From NCBI GenBank assembly GCA_003556605.1, contig PWQX01000284.1, forward strand, positions 8,954 to 72,953: 64,000 bases of DNA, in the 5' to 3' direction. The notes under the pieces are model-generated. The model worked only from the letters and a program-made list of their open reading frames with translations. It was not told where the DNA came from and made no database searches. The position numbers and the translations under genes are program-made. This DNA is from Spirochaetaceae bacterium (GTDB lineage Bacteria > Spirochaetota > Spirochaetia > DSM-27196 > SLAA01). This document shows, piece by piece, positions 1 to 10,189 of this stretch; positions within the stretch are counted from its first letter, which is position 1; every line of letters begins with the position of its first letter.

Positions 1-130
1 TTCAACGCGATGATAGACCTTGGTGAGCTCGTGTTGCCGGTCACCGCAGTCTGCGAGTAGCGCCTGCACTGGAAGCAGCACGGTGTAGACCGAATCACCT
101 CTGCTCGCAGCGCGTGCAGCGTGCCTACCC

Positions 131-160
131 TTGCATAATACCCGGGGATACCGGCATAGT
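131..160 (+). promoter_or_regulatory. candidate sigma70-type promoter for hisS (TTGCAT-N18-CATAGT)
   Basis: TTGCAT at 131-136 and CATAGT at 155-160. The ATG at 170 lies only 9 nt after the -10, which implies a very short leader. Confidence 0.3.
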
Positions 161-169
161 AAGGGCGTC

Positions 170-1504
170 ATGAGTGAGATTATTCCGCCTCGAGTGCTAA
201 AAGGCTTCCGAGATTCGCTACCGGAGCATGAGATCAGCCGCAAGCACATACAGAACGTGCTTGAACACACCTTCGAGCTCTACGGTTTTGTGCCGATTGA
301 CACACCGGTCTTGGAGTATACCGAGGTGTTACTCGGTAAGGGAGGCGGCGATACCGACAAACAGATTTACCGTTTTAAGGACAACGGCGGCCGTGATATC
401 GCTATGCGCTTTGACCTCACCGTCCCGTTTGCGCGCTTCATGGCCGGGCATGGCGCAGAGCTGTATCTACCGTTTAAACGCTACCACATGGGTAAGGTTT
501 TCAGAGGTGAGAACACTCAACGCGGCCGCTATCGCGAGTTCGTGCAGTGTGACTTCGACATCGTCGGGATCGATAGCGCCGCTGCGGATTTTGAGATCTT
601 GCTCCTGATGGCGCGCTGCTTCGAGAACCTCGAAGCTCCCGATGTCGGCTTCCACACCGCTCACCGCGGTGTCTTCACCCGCTTTCTCGCTAAGCTCGGC
701 GCCGCCGAGCACTCGGTCGAGATCATGCGGGCGGTCGACAAACGCAGCAAGATCGGCGAGCACGAGGTGCGCACGCTGCTGGCTGACCGCATCGGCGAAA
801 CGGCCGCCGATGAGCTGTTGGCGTACATCCGGCCGCAGGCAACCAACGAAGCTACGCTTGCAATGATCACGGAGCTCGCGGGCGGAGAGGACAACGAAAC
901 TCGCCGGCTGAACACGATCCTTGAGTGGAGCGAGAAGCTGGGGCTTTCCGATCGCGTCGTGCTCGACCCCTCGATCACGCGCGGGCTCGATTACTACACC
1001 GGCATTGTGTACGAAACGTTTCTCAGGCAGCTGCCTGAAATCGGCTCGGTGTGCTCCGGCGGACGGTACAACGATCTCGCCTCGCTGTACACCAAGCAGC
1101 ACATCCCGGGGGTTGGATCCTCGATCGGTCTCGATCGCCTAATGGCGGCGCTCGAAGAGCTCGACAAACTTCCGCCAGCGGGCGCGGGCGTCGATGTCCT
1201 TGTGCTCTGCATGGAAGAACGGTTAATCGGGCGCTACCACGAGATAGCCGAGCACATGCGCGGCACCGGAATACGTGCCGAGGTCTATCCCGAGGCGAAG
1301 AAGCTTGCCGCCCAGTTCTCGTACGCCGAGAAGCGCGGTATCCCAATCGGGATCATCTGTGGAGCGATAGAAGCCGAAAGCAGCGTGATGAACCTCAAGA
1401 ATCTGGAGACGCGCACGAGTGACGACCAACTGAGCCTCGCGGAAGCCACCCAAAAGGCGCGGCTGATCCTGCAGCGCCGGTCACATCAAAACTACAACGC
1501 ATGA
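170..1504 (+). CDS. hisS: histidine--tRNA ligase (class II)
   Basis: ORF 131..1504 with HisRS-like sequence (KGFRDSLPE, RYHMGKVFRGE, GGRYNDL, C-terminal anticodon-binding region). The ATG at 170 is preferred over the TTG at 131. Confidence 0.9.
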   Translation: MSEIIPPRVLKGFRDSLPEHEISRKHIQNVLEHTFELYGFVPIDTPVLEYTEVLLGKGGGDTDKQIYRFKDNGGRDIAMRFDLTVPFARFMAGHGAELYLPFKRYHMGKVFRGENTQRGRYREFVQCDFDIVGIDSAAADFEILLLMARCFENLEAPDVGFHTAHRGVFTRFLAKLGAAEHSVEIMRAVDKRSKIGEHEVRTLLADRIGETAADELLAYIRPQATNEATLAMITELAGGEDNETRRLNTILEWSEKLGLSDRVVLDPSITRGLDYYTGIVYETFLRQLPEIGSVCSGGRYNDLASLYTKQHIPGVGSSIGLDRLMAALEELDKLPPAGAGVDVLVLCMEERLIGRYHEIAEHMRGTGIRAEVYPEAKKLAAQFSYAEKRGIPIGIICGAIEAESSVMNLKNLETRTSDDQLSLAEATQKARLILQRRSHQNYNA

Positions 1505-3981
1505 ATCCACACGAGCTTCCGGTATACGCACAAAAGCACCGCATTCTCGAAGCCGTCGAAGAGAACCAGGTTGTCGTCGTTGAAAGCCCTACCGGAAGCG
1601 GGAAAACCACACAACTCCCGCTGATTCTCCACGAGGCCGGCTACGGCCTCGGCGGCGTGATCGGGGTGACCCAGCCGCGCCGCATCGCCGCGGTCTCAGT
1701 CTCGGAATACATCGCGCGCCAGGTTGAAAGCAGTATTCCCGGGCTTGTCGGGTACAAGATGCGCTTCGAGGATCAAACCGACCGCAGCACACGCGTGAAG
1801 GTCATGACCGACGGCATCCTGCTGCAGGAAATCAAGGCCGACTACCGCTTGTCGCAGTACTCGGTGATCATGGTTGACGAGGCGCACGAGCGCAGCCTCA
1901 ATATCGACTTCATCCTCGGCTTGCTCAAGCGCGTCTTGGAGGAGCGACCGGACTTCAAGGTCATTGTTTCGTCGGCAACCATCAACGCTGATATCTTCTC
2001 AGAATACTTCTGGTCGTGCCCGGTCATCCGTATCGATGCGCGCATGTACCCGGTGGAGCTGCTGTACGCCCCTCCGCCCTCCGACAGCTACGAAGACCTG
2101 GTATACAAAGTAGCGCAGTTGGTTGAGCACGAGGTTCAAACGGCCGAAGGGCCGGGTGATATTTTGATCTTTTCGTCGGGTGAGCGCGCAATCAAGGACT
2201 GTATCAACGCGCTGTACTCTTTGCCGGTTCGCCGCATGCTGAACATCCTGCCGCTCTACGGGCGGCTCTCGAAAGAAGAACAAGACCAGGTCTTTCCGCC
2301 GGCGCCTAAAGACAAGGTCAAAGTGGTGGTAGCAACCAATATCGCTGAGACCAGCATCACAATCGACGGCATCACAACCGTAATCGACTCCGGTTTGGCT
2401 AAAATGAACTACTACAACCCGCGCAGCTATATTTCGTCGCTGGTGGAGGGGCAGATTTCGAAAGCGTCGGCCAATCAGCGGCGCGGCCGCGCCGGGCGCA
2501 CGCGCCCCGGGCGCTGCTACCGCTTGTACACGAAGGAGAGCTTTGATCAACGACCACTATACACACTCGAGGAGATTTATCGAACCGACCTCTCGGAGGT
2601 GGTGCTGCGCATGGCTGAGCTCGGGATAACCGAGTTCGAGTCGTTCGACTTCATCTCACCGCCCGGTCGCCGCGACATTATCGGAGCGGTTGAGACACTC
2701 GAGCTGTTAGATGCGCTGACACCCGAACGTACCCTGTCGAGTATCGGCGAGATGATGGCGATATTTCCGCTGCTCCCGCGCCATTCGCGAATGATCGTAG
2801 AGGCGATCCGCCGCTATCCCGAGGTTATCGAAGAAGTACTGATTGCAACCTCGTTTCTCACTACCAACAGCCCCTTCCTGCTCCCCCAAGGTGAGGAAAT
2901 CCCGGCTCGGCGCGCCCATCACCGCTATCGTGATGAGCTCGGTGATTTTGTGTCGTACTTAAAACTGTTCCAGGCCTATACCGACAGTCCCAACAAGACC
3001 AAGTTTTGCGAAACGCGCTACCTCGACGAGCGTATCATGGCTGAGATCGCGAACGTCAAAGAACAGCTCGGGGAAATCGTGAGCGGGATGGGAGTACCGA
3101 TCGGATCCGGCGGCTCGCATGTGGATTACTTGTGCGCTGCGGCGACCGGACTCATTCAGTTCGTGTGCGTTCGCCGCGGACGCGAGTATCGAAGCCTCAC
3201 CGCTGAGCGCGTGCAGATTCACCCCGGATCGGTGCTGTTCCGCGAGACCCCGCCTTACATTGTAGCGGGCGAGATCGTGCGAACCTCAAAGATGTACGCG
3301 CGCTCGGTCTCGCCGTTGGAGCGCGAGTGGCTTCCGCGGATCTCGGCACACTTGGCCGAGGAGCTCACGGCGCTGCAGAAACCCGCGCGCGCAGCAGCAA
3401 AGAAGCGGCGCGATACTACCTGGCAAATCACGCTCGGTGAGCAGGTGTTTCGGCTCACCACCTACAAAGGCAAGAACAAGAAGATCGCGATCCTCCCGTG
3501 GGAGCAGCTCAAGCCGCTTGTGCAGCACAAGACATTTGAGCTCGACAGCTCAAAGGCGCGTTTGCGCGGAAAGATCGTGTATCGCGAGTACGAGATCCTG
3601 GTGGCCGAGTCACTCGGCACCATCCTGCGTGTGGCCCCCTACTTCGACCCTGAGTACGACATCGTCCCAAATGATCTTCGCAGCCGCAACTTCTTTCCAA
3701 ACTCCGAGGATGAGCGCGCCGTGCTGTGCGAGGCGCTCAACCGCATCTTGAAGCTGACCCAAGTGAAAAAGAGCTCGCGCACGCTGGGTTTCTTCGCGTT
3801 GTGTAGCGACGAAAGCGGGCGTTACTGGTTCAAGCCCAAGCGTGGTTTCTTCTCGGCGGCAACCGAGAGCCTCTCGAGCATTGAGTCCCTCGCCGACGAG
3901 GTCTCCGATGACCTTGCGCCCGATTGCCTCGACCAACTAAACGCGATCTATCGCAAGCTCGCCGAAATCATGGAGCTGTAA
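1501..3981 (+). CDS. ATP-dependent DEAH-box RNA helicase, HrpA/HrpB-like
   Basis: Motif I GSGKTTQLP, motif II VDEAHERS, SAT, TNIAETSITIDG and QRRGRAGR. The ATG overlaps the hisS stop (ATGA). Confidence 0.85.
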   Translation: MNPHELPVYAQKHRILEAVEENQVVVVESPTGSGKTTQLPLILHEAGYGLGGVIGVTQPRRIAAVSVSEYIARQVESSIPGLVGYKMRFEDQTDRSTRVKVMTDGILLQEIKADYRLSQYSVIMVDEAHERSLNIDFILGLLKRVLEERPDFKVIVSSATINADIFSEYFWSCPVIRIDARMYPVELLYAPPPSDSYEDLVYKVAQLVEHEVQTAEGPGDILIFSSGERAIKDCINALYSLPVRRMLNILPLYGRLSKEEQDQVFPPAPKDKVKVVVATNIAETSITIDGITTVIDSGLAKMNYYNPRSYISSLVEGQISKASANQRRGRAGRTRPGRCYRLYTKESFDQRPLYTLEEIYRTDLSEVVLRMAELGITEFESFDFISPPGRRDIIGAVETLELLDALTPERTLSSIGEMMAIFPLLPRHSRMIVEAIRRYPEVIEEVLIATSFLTTNSPFLLPQGEEIPARRAHHRYRDELGDFVSYLKLFQAYTDSPNKTKFCETRYLDERIMAEIANVKEQLGEIVSGMGVPIGSGGSHVDYLCAAATGLIQFVCVRRGREYRSLTAERVQIHPGSVLFRETPPYIVAGEIVRTSKMYARSVSPLEREWLPRISAHLAEELTALQKPARAAAKKRRDTTWQITLGEQVFRLTTYKGKNKKIAILPWEQLKPLVQHKTFELDSSKARLRGKIVYREYEILVAESLGTILRVAPYFDPEYDIVPNDLRSRNFFPNSEDERAVLCEALNRILKLTQVKKSSRTLGFFALCSDESGRYWFKPKRGFFSAATESLSSIESLADEVSDDLAPDCLDQLNAIYRKLAEIMEL

Positions 3982-4025
3982 TCCTTTGCCCCGGCAACAG
4001 CCCGCAGTCGGCTCAACGGCGGCGG

Positions 4026-6371
4026 TCACGCCCCGTCACGGATTGCGTAAACGTGCCGGCGCCTACGGCGCCGTGCGAAATCAGGGGGGATGGTCTCGTC
4101 GGAGATATCCGTAACCGCGCAGTCTTCCCGCAGCGGCGCGGACAGGCTAAAGTTGCGTAGATTGCTCGCGAACACGATTGTCCCGCCGCCGGCGAGGCGC
4201 CGCAGCGCGGCGCGGATCAGCTGTTCGTGGTCCCGCTGCAGATCAAGCTCATTGTTTCGGCCGGTGCTGTTCGAAAACGTCGGTGCATCGATGACGATCA
4301 GGTCATAGCGGCCGCGGTCGTGCCGTAAGTAATCGCGGCAGTCCTCGCGCGCGAAGCGGTGGCGCTTTAGCTCAATTCGGTTATGACGGAAGTTCCGCCG
4401 GCCCCATTCAAGGTAGGTTTTCGAGCTATCCACCGACACCGTCTCGCAGGCCCCGCCTGCGGCGGCGTAAACCGAGAAGCTGCAGGTGTAGGCAAACAGA
4501 TTGAGCACCCGTGCCCCATTGCTACGCTCACGCACCCAACGCCGCAGGATGCGGTGGTCGAAGAACAAGCCGGTGTCGATGTAGTCGAGCAAGTTCACCT
4601 CGAACAGTAGCCCGTTCTCCTCAACGACAACCCAACGCTGGTTGTCCGCCGTCCCGGTACGCTTCCCGCCGGTGCGCTGTGGGTAAGCGTCCCCCGGGCA
4701 GGTACGCTGCAGGCCGCGGCGGGGGTCATACTGCTGCCCGCCGCGGCGGCGGCGGCGCTGCTTAGTGTAGACGGCAGCCGAACTAAGCCCCAGGAATTCC
4801 CGAACACCCGTGGTAAGTTCAGCGAAGCGTTTCTCGGCCGCAACGGGGTCCACCGTTGCCGGCGGCGCATACTCCTGGACCACCGCGAACCGCCGTTGGT
4901 CTAGTGCGTTGTACACGTCCACGGCCGCCGCGTACTGCGGAATGTCCGCATCGTACAGCCGGTAACAGCTCACCCGCTCGCGCTTCAGGTACTTCCGAAG
5001 TCCGCGCTCGTTCTTCTTGAGGCGCTGCACCACCATCGCCACACCTTGCGTTGCATCGCCGCCGTGCTGCATCTGCACGGCAGCCGCTCTTGCGCCCGGG
5101 GAGGGTGATGGGGGCCTGTACACGTTGGCCTCATTAAGGCTCAGCAGTGCCAGAACGACCTTGAGGTTCCCATTGTACAAAGTGTAGACCTTCTCGGCGC
5201 GCAAACCGATCGTGCGAGCCTGCTCCTTTGACTCGGCAAGCACCGCCGCCTGCGTGCCGGACAGCGTACGCGCGAGCCACGCGCCGAGCTCGGGGTGCAC
5301 CGCCTCAGCCGCCGGGCGCTCACTCAGCCGCACACCGTACGGCGGGTTCGTCACCACGAAACCCGGAAACGCGTCCGAGCTGCCGTACACCTTGTTCCAG
5401 GAGCCCAACACCGCGCCGCGGGAAAGACGCGAGAACTCGCTTGTGCCGAACGTAATCAGCTCGCTCATCTCGGCGCGGGCTGCATTCTCGCGCGCGGCGG
5501 TTATCGCCTGCGCGGCACGGTCCGACGCCCAGATTCGGCCACCCGAGGCAGCCCAGAGCTCGCGTCCGGCGCGCGCGCGCTGTTCGGCAGCAGCTCGCAG
5601 CGGGATCCAGAGTTCCTCATTGTAGTCCCGCATGCGCTCAAACCCGAAACCGGCACGCCGGAGTCCCGGGGCCGTGTCGGTGGCCATCATCGCCGCCTCT
5701 ATCGCAAGCGTCCCCGAACCGCACAGAGGATCAGCCAAGATCGGCGCGGGTGCGCGCCCCTCGCGCCACTCGGCGACGGCCGCGGCCCACCCGGCACGCA
5801 CGAGCACTGCCGCGGCGGTATTCTCCCGCAGCGGCGCTTCGGTTCGCGATCGCCGATACCCCCGCATATGAAGGCTCTCGCCCGAGAGATCAAAATATAT
5901 CAATGCCTTGCTCTCGGTAAGATACAGATGTACGCGCACCGCCGGGTTCCTGGTGTCGACCGACGGGCGCACACCGCCGCGCTCGCGAAACTGGTCAACC
6001 AGCGCATCCTTCACAACCAGCGCGGCAAAGTCGGCCTGGGGAAACGCCGGGTGCACGGCGTGACCCGAGACCGCAAAACTGCGATCAACCGTGAACCGGT
6101 GCTGCCATTCAACCGCGTACGCCAGGCGATAGAGCTCATCGCGGTCGTAGACCACGCCGGCGGCACACTCGAGTAAGACCCGACCGGCAAGACGCGACCA
6201 CAGACATACCCGGTACGCAGTCTCGAGGTCAGCATTTAAAAACACACCACCGACGGTCTCAGAAACCTCGCCGCACGCTGCTAGACCGGCAATTTCCTCA
6301 CGCAGGAGCCCTTCTAGGTAGCGCGGGCATGAGACAAACAAGCGATGAGCCTCAAAGTGGTCTGCCGTCAT
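4026..6371 (-). CDS. rlmL: bifunctional 23S rRNA methyltransferase RlmKL-like (THUMP + two SAM-MTase domains)
   Basis: N-terminal THUMP-like region, the NPPYG motif (VVTNPPYGVRLS), and a C-terminal second MTase (LNLFAYTCSFSVYAA, VIDAPTFSNS). Confidence 0.8.
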   Translation of the reverse strand: MTADHFEAHRLFVSCPRYLEGLLREEIAGLAACGEVSETVGGVFLNADLETAYRVCLWSRLAGRVLLECAAGVVYDRDELYRLAYAVEWQHRFTVDRSFAVSGHAVHPAFPQADFAALVVKDALVDQFRERGGVRPSVDTRNPAVRVHLYLTESKALIYFDLSGESLHMRGYRRSRTEAPLRENTAAAVLVRAGWAAAVAEWREGRAPAPILADPLCGSGTLAIEAAMMATDTAPGLRRAGFGFERMRDYNEELWIPLRAAAEQRARAGRELWAASGGRIWASDRAAQAITAARENAARAEMSELITFGTSEFSRLSRGAVLGSWNKVYGSSDAFPGFVVTNPPYGVRLSERPAAEAVHPELGAWLARTLSGTQAAVLAESKEQARTIGLRAEKVYTLYNGNLKVVLALLSLNEANVYRPPSPSPGARAAAVQMQHGGDATQGVAMVVQRLKKNERGLRKYLKRERVSCYRLYDADIPQYAAAVDVYNALDQRRFAVVQEYAPPATVDPVAAEKRFAELTTGVREFLGLSSAAVYTKQRRRRRGGQQYDPRRGLQRTCPGDAYPQRTGGKRTGTADNQRWVVVEENGLLFEVNLLDYIDTGLFFDHRILRRWVRERSNGARVLNLFAYTCSFSVYAAAGGACETVSVDSSKTYLEWGRRNFRHNRIELKRHRFAREDCRDYLRHDRGRYDLIVIDAPTFSNSTGRNNELDLQRDHEQLIRAALRRLAGGGTIVFASNLRNFSLSAPLREDCAVTDISDETIPPDFARRRRRRHVYAIRDGA

Positions 6372-6441
6372 CGCACTCAGCTTACCCCTCGAGCAAACGG
6401 CGTCTTGCTCTCGGGCGCGCGTATTTCACTCACGTCGCGGC

Positions 6442-6837
6442 TCATTTTAAGCGCCCCGAGGTACTTAACGCCCGATACACCGCGGCCATGATCGCTTTGC
6501 TGCTCCCGGTGGCGCCGCTTACCGTTTTCACGCGCGCGGTCTGCGCAGCGAGGATACGGTCAATCGTCTCACGCGCTTCGTAACCCGAACCCGATTCCTG
6601 GTGCAGGATCTCTATCGCTTGAATCCGCCCCTCGCGGACTACGACTTCAAGCTGAACGGCGACGAGAAAGTCACCAAACTCCCCACGGTAGGCTCCGTCG
6701 GCTATCTCGCTCAAGTTTACTCGGGAAAGCTCCCGGTATGCGCTTTCAACACGGCTTGACATCATAGACATTCTCAGCACGAAGGCAGCACCTATGAGCG
6801 CTAAAGGCAGCAAGTGGTTGGTGAACAGCGAGTACAA
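6442..6837 (-). CDS. FMN-binding domain protein with N-terminal membrane anchor
   Basis: Hydrophobic N-terminus and an FMN_bind-type motif (VKTVSGATGSSKAI). The start codon is TTG, so the start is uncertain. Confidence 0.6.
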   Translation of the reverse strand: MYSLFTNHLLPLALIGAAFVLRMSMMSSRVESAYRELSRVNLSEIADGAYRGEFGDFLVAVQLEVVVREGRIQAIEILHQESGSGYEARETIDRILAAQTARVKTVSGATGSSKAIMAAVYRALSTSGRLK

Positions 6838-6967
6838 TCACCGAGGTATCCTCAGTCATGTACATCCCCTACTGCCCTGATCCGCGCTACCGCTGCCGCT
6901 GCTCGGCTTCTCCTACGCCACGCCGCGGCGCGCCGGGCGCATGCCCGGCGCCGCGTCACTCGGTGGA

Positions 6968-8074
6968 TTACGGCGTGTACTCGGTGTAGGGGACCTCGCA
7001 GCTGCGAGCGACCGCCGGATGCACACAGCTACCATTGTAGGTGTTGAGCCCCTTCTGCAGCGCCGGATCGTCTTTAAGGGCTTCTTCAAGCCCATGATCG
7101 GCGATCTTCAGTCCGTACGGTAGCGTGACGCTCGTCAGGGCATTGGTAGATGTGTTCGCAACCGCTCCCGGCATGTTCGCGACGCAGTAATGTACGATAT
7201 TGTCGACGATGTACACCGGGTCATCGTGCGTCGTAGCCTTAGAGGTCTCGGCGATGCCGCCTTGGTCGATCGCGACATCCACAAACACCGCGCCCTCTTT
7301 CATGAGCCCCAAGTGTTCACGCTTGATGAGCCGCGGCGCCGACTCGCCCGGAATAAGCACCGCACCGATCACGAGGTCGGCTTCCCTGAGACAGGCAAGC
7401 AGGTTGCTCTCGTTCGAGTAGAGTGTCGTGATGCGACTGCCGAAGATGTCGTCGAGATACTCGAGCCGACGCGCGTCGAGGTCGAGAATCGTCACGTCGG
7501 CTCCCATACCGCACGCGATTTTGCATGCGTTTGTGCCGACGGTGCCGCCGCCTATAATGGCAACCTTACCACGAGGCACACCGGGAACGCCGCCGAGTAA
7601 CACTCCACGACCGCCGAACGGCTTCTCCAGGTACTTCGCGCCTTCCTGCGTTGAGAGCCGGCCGGCGATCTCGCTCATCGGCCTGAGGCACGGGAGCGTA
7701 CGGTCTGCCAGTTCGATCGTTTCGTAGGCTACAGCGTTCACCTTGCGCTCCATAAGGAACTCGGTAAGCTCACGGTCGGCTGCCAGGTGCAGGTAGGTGA
7801 ACAATACATGGCCTTCGCGGAAGTAACCGTACTCTTCGGGCTGCGGTTCCTTGACCTTGACAATCATCTCGGCACGCTCGAACACCTCTTGTGCCGTATT
7901 GACGATCTCAGCGCCGCTTTCCTTATACAACGCATCGCCGGCATTGGTTCCGGCGCCCGAGTTCGCCTGGACGTACACCTGGTGTCCGTGACTCACGTAC
8001 GTTCGCACGCATTGCGGCGTTAAACCTACCCGGTACTCGTGGCGTTTGATTTCCTTTGGTACCCCAATCTTCAT
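6968..8074 (-). CDS. ald: alanine dehydrogenase
   Basis: MKIGVPKEIKRHEYRVGLTP N-terminus, NAD-binding GGGTVG motif, and a GGAGGAG RBS upstream of the ATG. Confidence 0.9.
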   Translation of the reverse strand: MKIGVPKEIKRHEYRVGLTPQCVRTYVSHGHQVYVQANSGAGTNAGDALYKESGAEIVNTAQEVFERAEMIVKVKEPQPEEYGYFREGHVLFTYLHLAADRELTEFLMERKVNAVAYETIELADRTLPCLRPMSEIAGRLSTQEGAKYLEKPFGGRGVLLGGVPGVPRGKVAIIGGGTVGTNACKIACGMGADVTILDLDARRLEYLDDIFGSRITTLYSNESNLLACLREADLVIGAVLIPGESAPRLIKREHLGLMKEGAVFVDVAIDQGGIAETSKATTHDDPVYIVDNIVHYCVANMPGAVANTSTNALTSVTLPYGLKIADHGLEEALKDDPALQKGLNTYNGSCVHPAVARSCEVPYTEYTP

Positions 8075-8114
8075 CTCTAGCTCCTCCTTATCCGTTGTAA
8101 AGCACCGTGGATGC

Positions 8115-8143
8115 TGGAGTTAACTCCATACCCGATCATAACA
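8115..8143 (-). promoter_or_regulatory. ald promoter: extended -10 (TGTTATGAT) followed by a 14-bp perfect palindrome TGGAGTTAACTCCA
   Basis: On the minus strand TGTTATGAT reads from 8143 to 8135. The palindrome at 8128-8115 starts 6 nt later, at the expected transcription start. Confidence 0.45.
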
Positions 8144-8204
8144 CCGGTCTCTCAATTTGTGGGAAATTTCTGCTACTCCGGACTAGGCCTGTACTAAGGC
8201 GGAA

Positions 8205-9251
8205 CTACGAGCCCATCAGGACACTGCGAACTATTTGCGGATTGAGCTCACGGAGCTCGGTCTCACCGGGTCGTCGCTGAAGGACAAACCGTACGCGTCC
8301 CCCGCGGGCCTTTTTGTCACGCTGCATTGCGTCAATCAGCGCATGGGGCGAGACGTCCTCGATCTTACAGCGAAACCCGTAGCGACGAAGCAACCCGATC
8401 GCGGTCTCTGCGTACGCCGGATCGGTAATGCCGGCGCGCTCGCCGCAGCGCAGCGCCTGCGCAATCCCCCAGGCCACCGCCTCTCCGTGCGTCCAGCCCT
8501 CAAATCCCGCGACCGACTCAAGTGCATGCGCGAAGGTGTGTCCAAGGTTCAGCCACTCTCGGCCGCCCCGCTCGGTGAAATCCTGCTGAACAATCTGACC
8601 CTTGACCGCTACCGAACGGAGGATGAGCTCTTCCAGTACCGCCGGCTCCCGCGCCAGCACCGCCTCGGCGCGCTGGTCTAACAGCTCAAATAACTCGGGG
8701 TCTCCCAACATCGCGGTCTTGATTACCTCGGCGAGCCCGCTGAGGTACTCGCGTTGTGGGAGCGTATCGAGCACCGAAGGTACTATGAAGATCTGTTCCG
8801 CCGGGTAGAACGTGCCTACGAGATTCTTGTAGCCCGAGAAGTTCACACCGGTCTTGCCGCCGAGCGCAGCATCGACCATTGCCAGCAATGTTGTCGGCAC
8901 CAGCACTAATCGCGTACCGCGCATGTACAACGAGGCCACCAGCGCGGCGACGTCGCAGACTACACCGCCACCCACAGCAACTATAGTACTGTCGCGCTCT
9001 AAGCTCTCTTGTACGCATCGTTCAAGGAGCTCGGCGACAGTGTCTATCGATTTTGTTCGTTCACCTGGCGGCACAACAGCGCTCGGCAGGTGATGAAGGG
9101 GAGCAAGCAGGGATGCGGTGTTTTCGTCCCAAACCACGAGACCGCGGAGGTCCGCGTTTTGTCGGAGCAGTTGCTCATCGCCCAGGCGAACGGCCGAGTC
9201 GTAGCCGCCAAACCGGTACCGAAGAGCCCGCGTGAGCATAACCGCACTCAC
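8205..9251 (-). CDS. aroB: 3-dehydroquinate synthase
   Basis: GGGVVCDVAALVASLYMRG and TTLLAMVDAALGGKTGVNF motifs. The GTG start overlaps the stop of the upstream ArsR gene (GTGA). An alternative ATG lies at 9239. Confidence 0.85.
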   Translation of the reverse strand: MSAVMLTRALRYRFGGYDSAVRLGDEQLLRQNADLRGLVVWDENTASLLAPLHHLPSAVVPPGERTKSIDTVAELLERCVQESLERDSTIVAVGGGVVCDVAALVASLYMRGTRLVLVPTTLLAMVDAALGGKTGVNFSGYKNLVGTFYPAEQIFIVPSVLDTLPQREYLSGLAEVIKTAMLGDPELFELLDQRAEAVLAREPAVLEELILRSVAVKGQIVQQDFTERGGREWLNLGHTFAHALESVAGFEGWTHGEAVAWGIAQALRCGERAGITDPAYAETAIGLLRRYGFRCKIEDVSPHALIDAMQRDKKARGGRVRFVLQRRPGETELRELNPQIVRSVLMGS

Positions 9252-9601
9252 TGCGCCGACTGAGCCGTTTCGGACGGCTTGGACGAGTCGGTAGTATCGG
9301 GTAGCTCGACCATTTCGGCGAGACCCGCAATGATTCGCTGCACAAAGGGATCAACAATAGAGTAGATACGGCGGTTTCCCTGAACCCGACTAGCAACGAT
9401 ACCCTTTTCTTTAAGCACAGCCAGATGCTGCGACACCACCGGTTGCGGCTGGCCGAGACACTCCCATAGCTGAGAAACGCATGGCCCTCCCTGGCGTGCA
9501 ATGTGGCACAGCAGCATCAATCGCAGCGGATGCCCACAAACCTTCAACCGTGAGGCGTAATCGGTGAGTTGGTGCTCGCTAACCGCTTTCTGCTGATCCA
9601 T
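9248..9601 (-). CDS. ArsR/SmtB-family transcriptional regulator
   Basis: Winged-HTH signature LRLMLLCHI...VSQLWECLGQPQPVVSQHLAVLKEKGIV. Confidence 0.8.
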   Translation of the reverse strand: MDQQKAVSEHQLTDYASRLKVCGHPLRLMLLCHIARQGGPCVSQLWECLGQPQPVVSQHLAVLKEKGIVASRVQGNRRIYSIVDPFVQRIIAGLAEMVELPDTTDSSKPSETAQSAQ

Positions 9602-9642
9602 ATATACCTAAAATAATACAAAGCTTTTCGAATAGCAAAGTT

Positions 9643-10002
9643 TCAGCCGTCTTTTACCGACGCCTGCTTTCCCGCGGAATCGCTATCCGCCTTCTTGCTG
9701 CCGCTACTCGCCGACCCGTCTTTGCCCGACGTAGAAGACTCACCGGTGGTTTCTGCCATCGAGGAGCCGCTCTTTCCGTCTGAACCGTTAGAGCCCGAGC
9801 TCTTTCCCGCAGAAATCGAGGGTTTGCTGTCGGTCACATAGAACCCGCTGCCTTTGAAGATTATGCCTGCGCCGCCTCCGACAAGACGTTTGAGAGCCGA
9901 TTGGCCGCAGCTTGGACAAACCTGTAAGGGTTGCGCCGAGATGTTTTGAAGCTCTTCAAACTTGTGGTCGCACGCGCTGCACAGATAGTCGTAAGTCGGC
10001 AT
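9643..10002 (-). CDS. FmdB-family zinc-ribbon protein with Ser/Gly-rich tail
   Basis: MPTYDYLCSACDHKFE...CPSCG CxxC pairs. The ATG at 10002 is preceded by AGGAGG. The longer ORF to 10065 has no support. Confidence 0.75.
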   Translation of the reverse strand: MPTYDYLCSACDHKFEELQNISAQPLQVCPSCGQSALKRLVGGGAGIIFKGSGFYVTDSKPSISAGKSSGSNGSDGKSGSSMAETTGESSTSGKDGSASSGSKKADSDSAGKQASVKDG

Positions 10003-10036
10003 CTTCGTTGTTCCTCCTGAACACCGTAACGACGCA

Positions 10037-10065
10037 AATATATTCCAGAATCGGATATCAGACAA
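10037..10065 (-). promoter_or_regulatory. candidate promoter TTGTCT-N17-TATATT for the zinc-ribbon gene
   Basis: On the minus strand the -35 is at 10065-10060 and the -10 at 10042-10037, about 35 nt upstream of the ATG at 10002. Confidence 0.45.
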
Positions 10066-10189
10066 GCTAATGGTCTACATCAAAGCAAATTATGGCGCCA
10101 ACGTCGCGGTGAATCGCCGTAGCGTCATCAACGCATCCGCGAATCCCCTGGAAACAGCTGTCCAGCATACCGGCGCCCTGCTCAGTCTC

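Noticed and set aside
1-60. Possible 3' end of an upstream plus-strand gene (…FNAMIDLGELVLPVTAVCE*)
   Set aside because: Only 19 codons are visible and there is no recognisable motif, so it cannot be supported.
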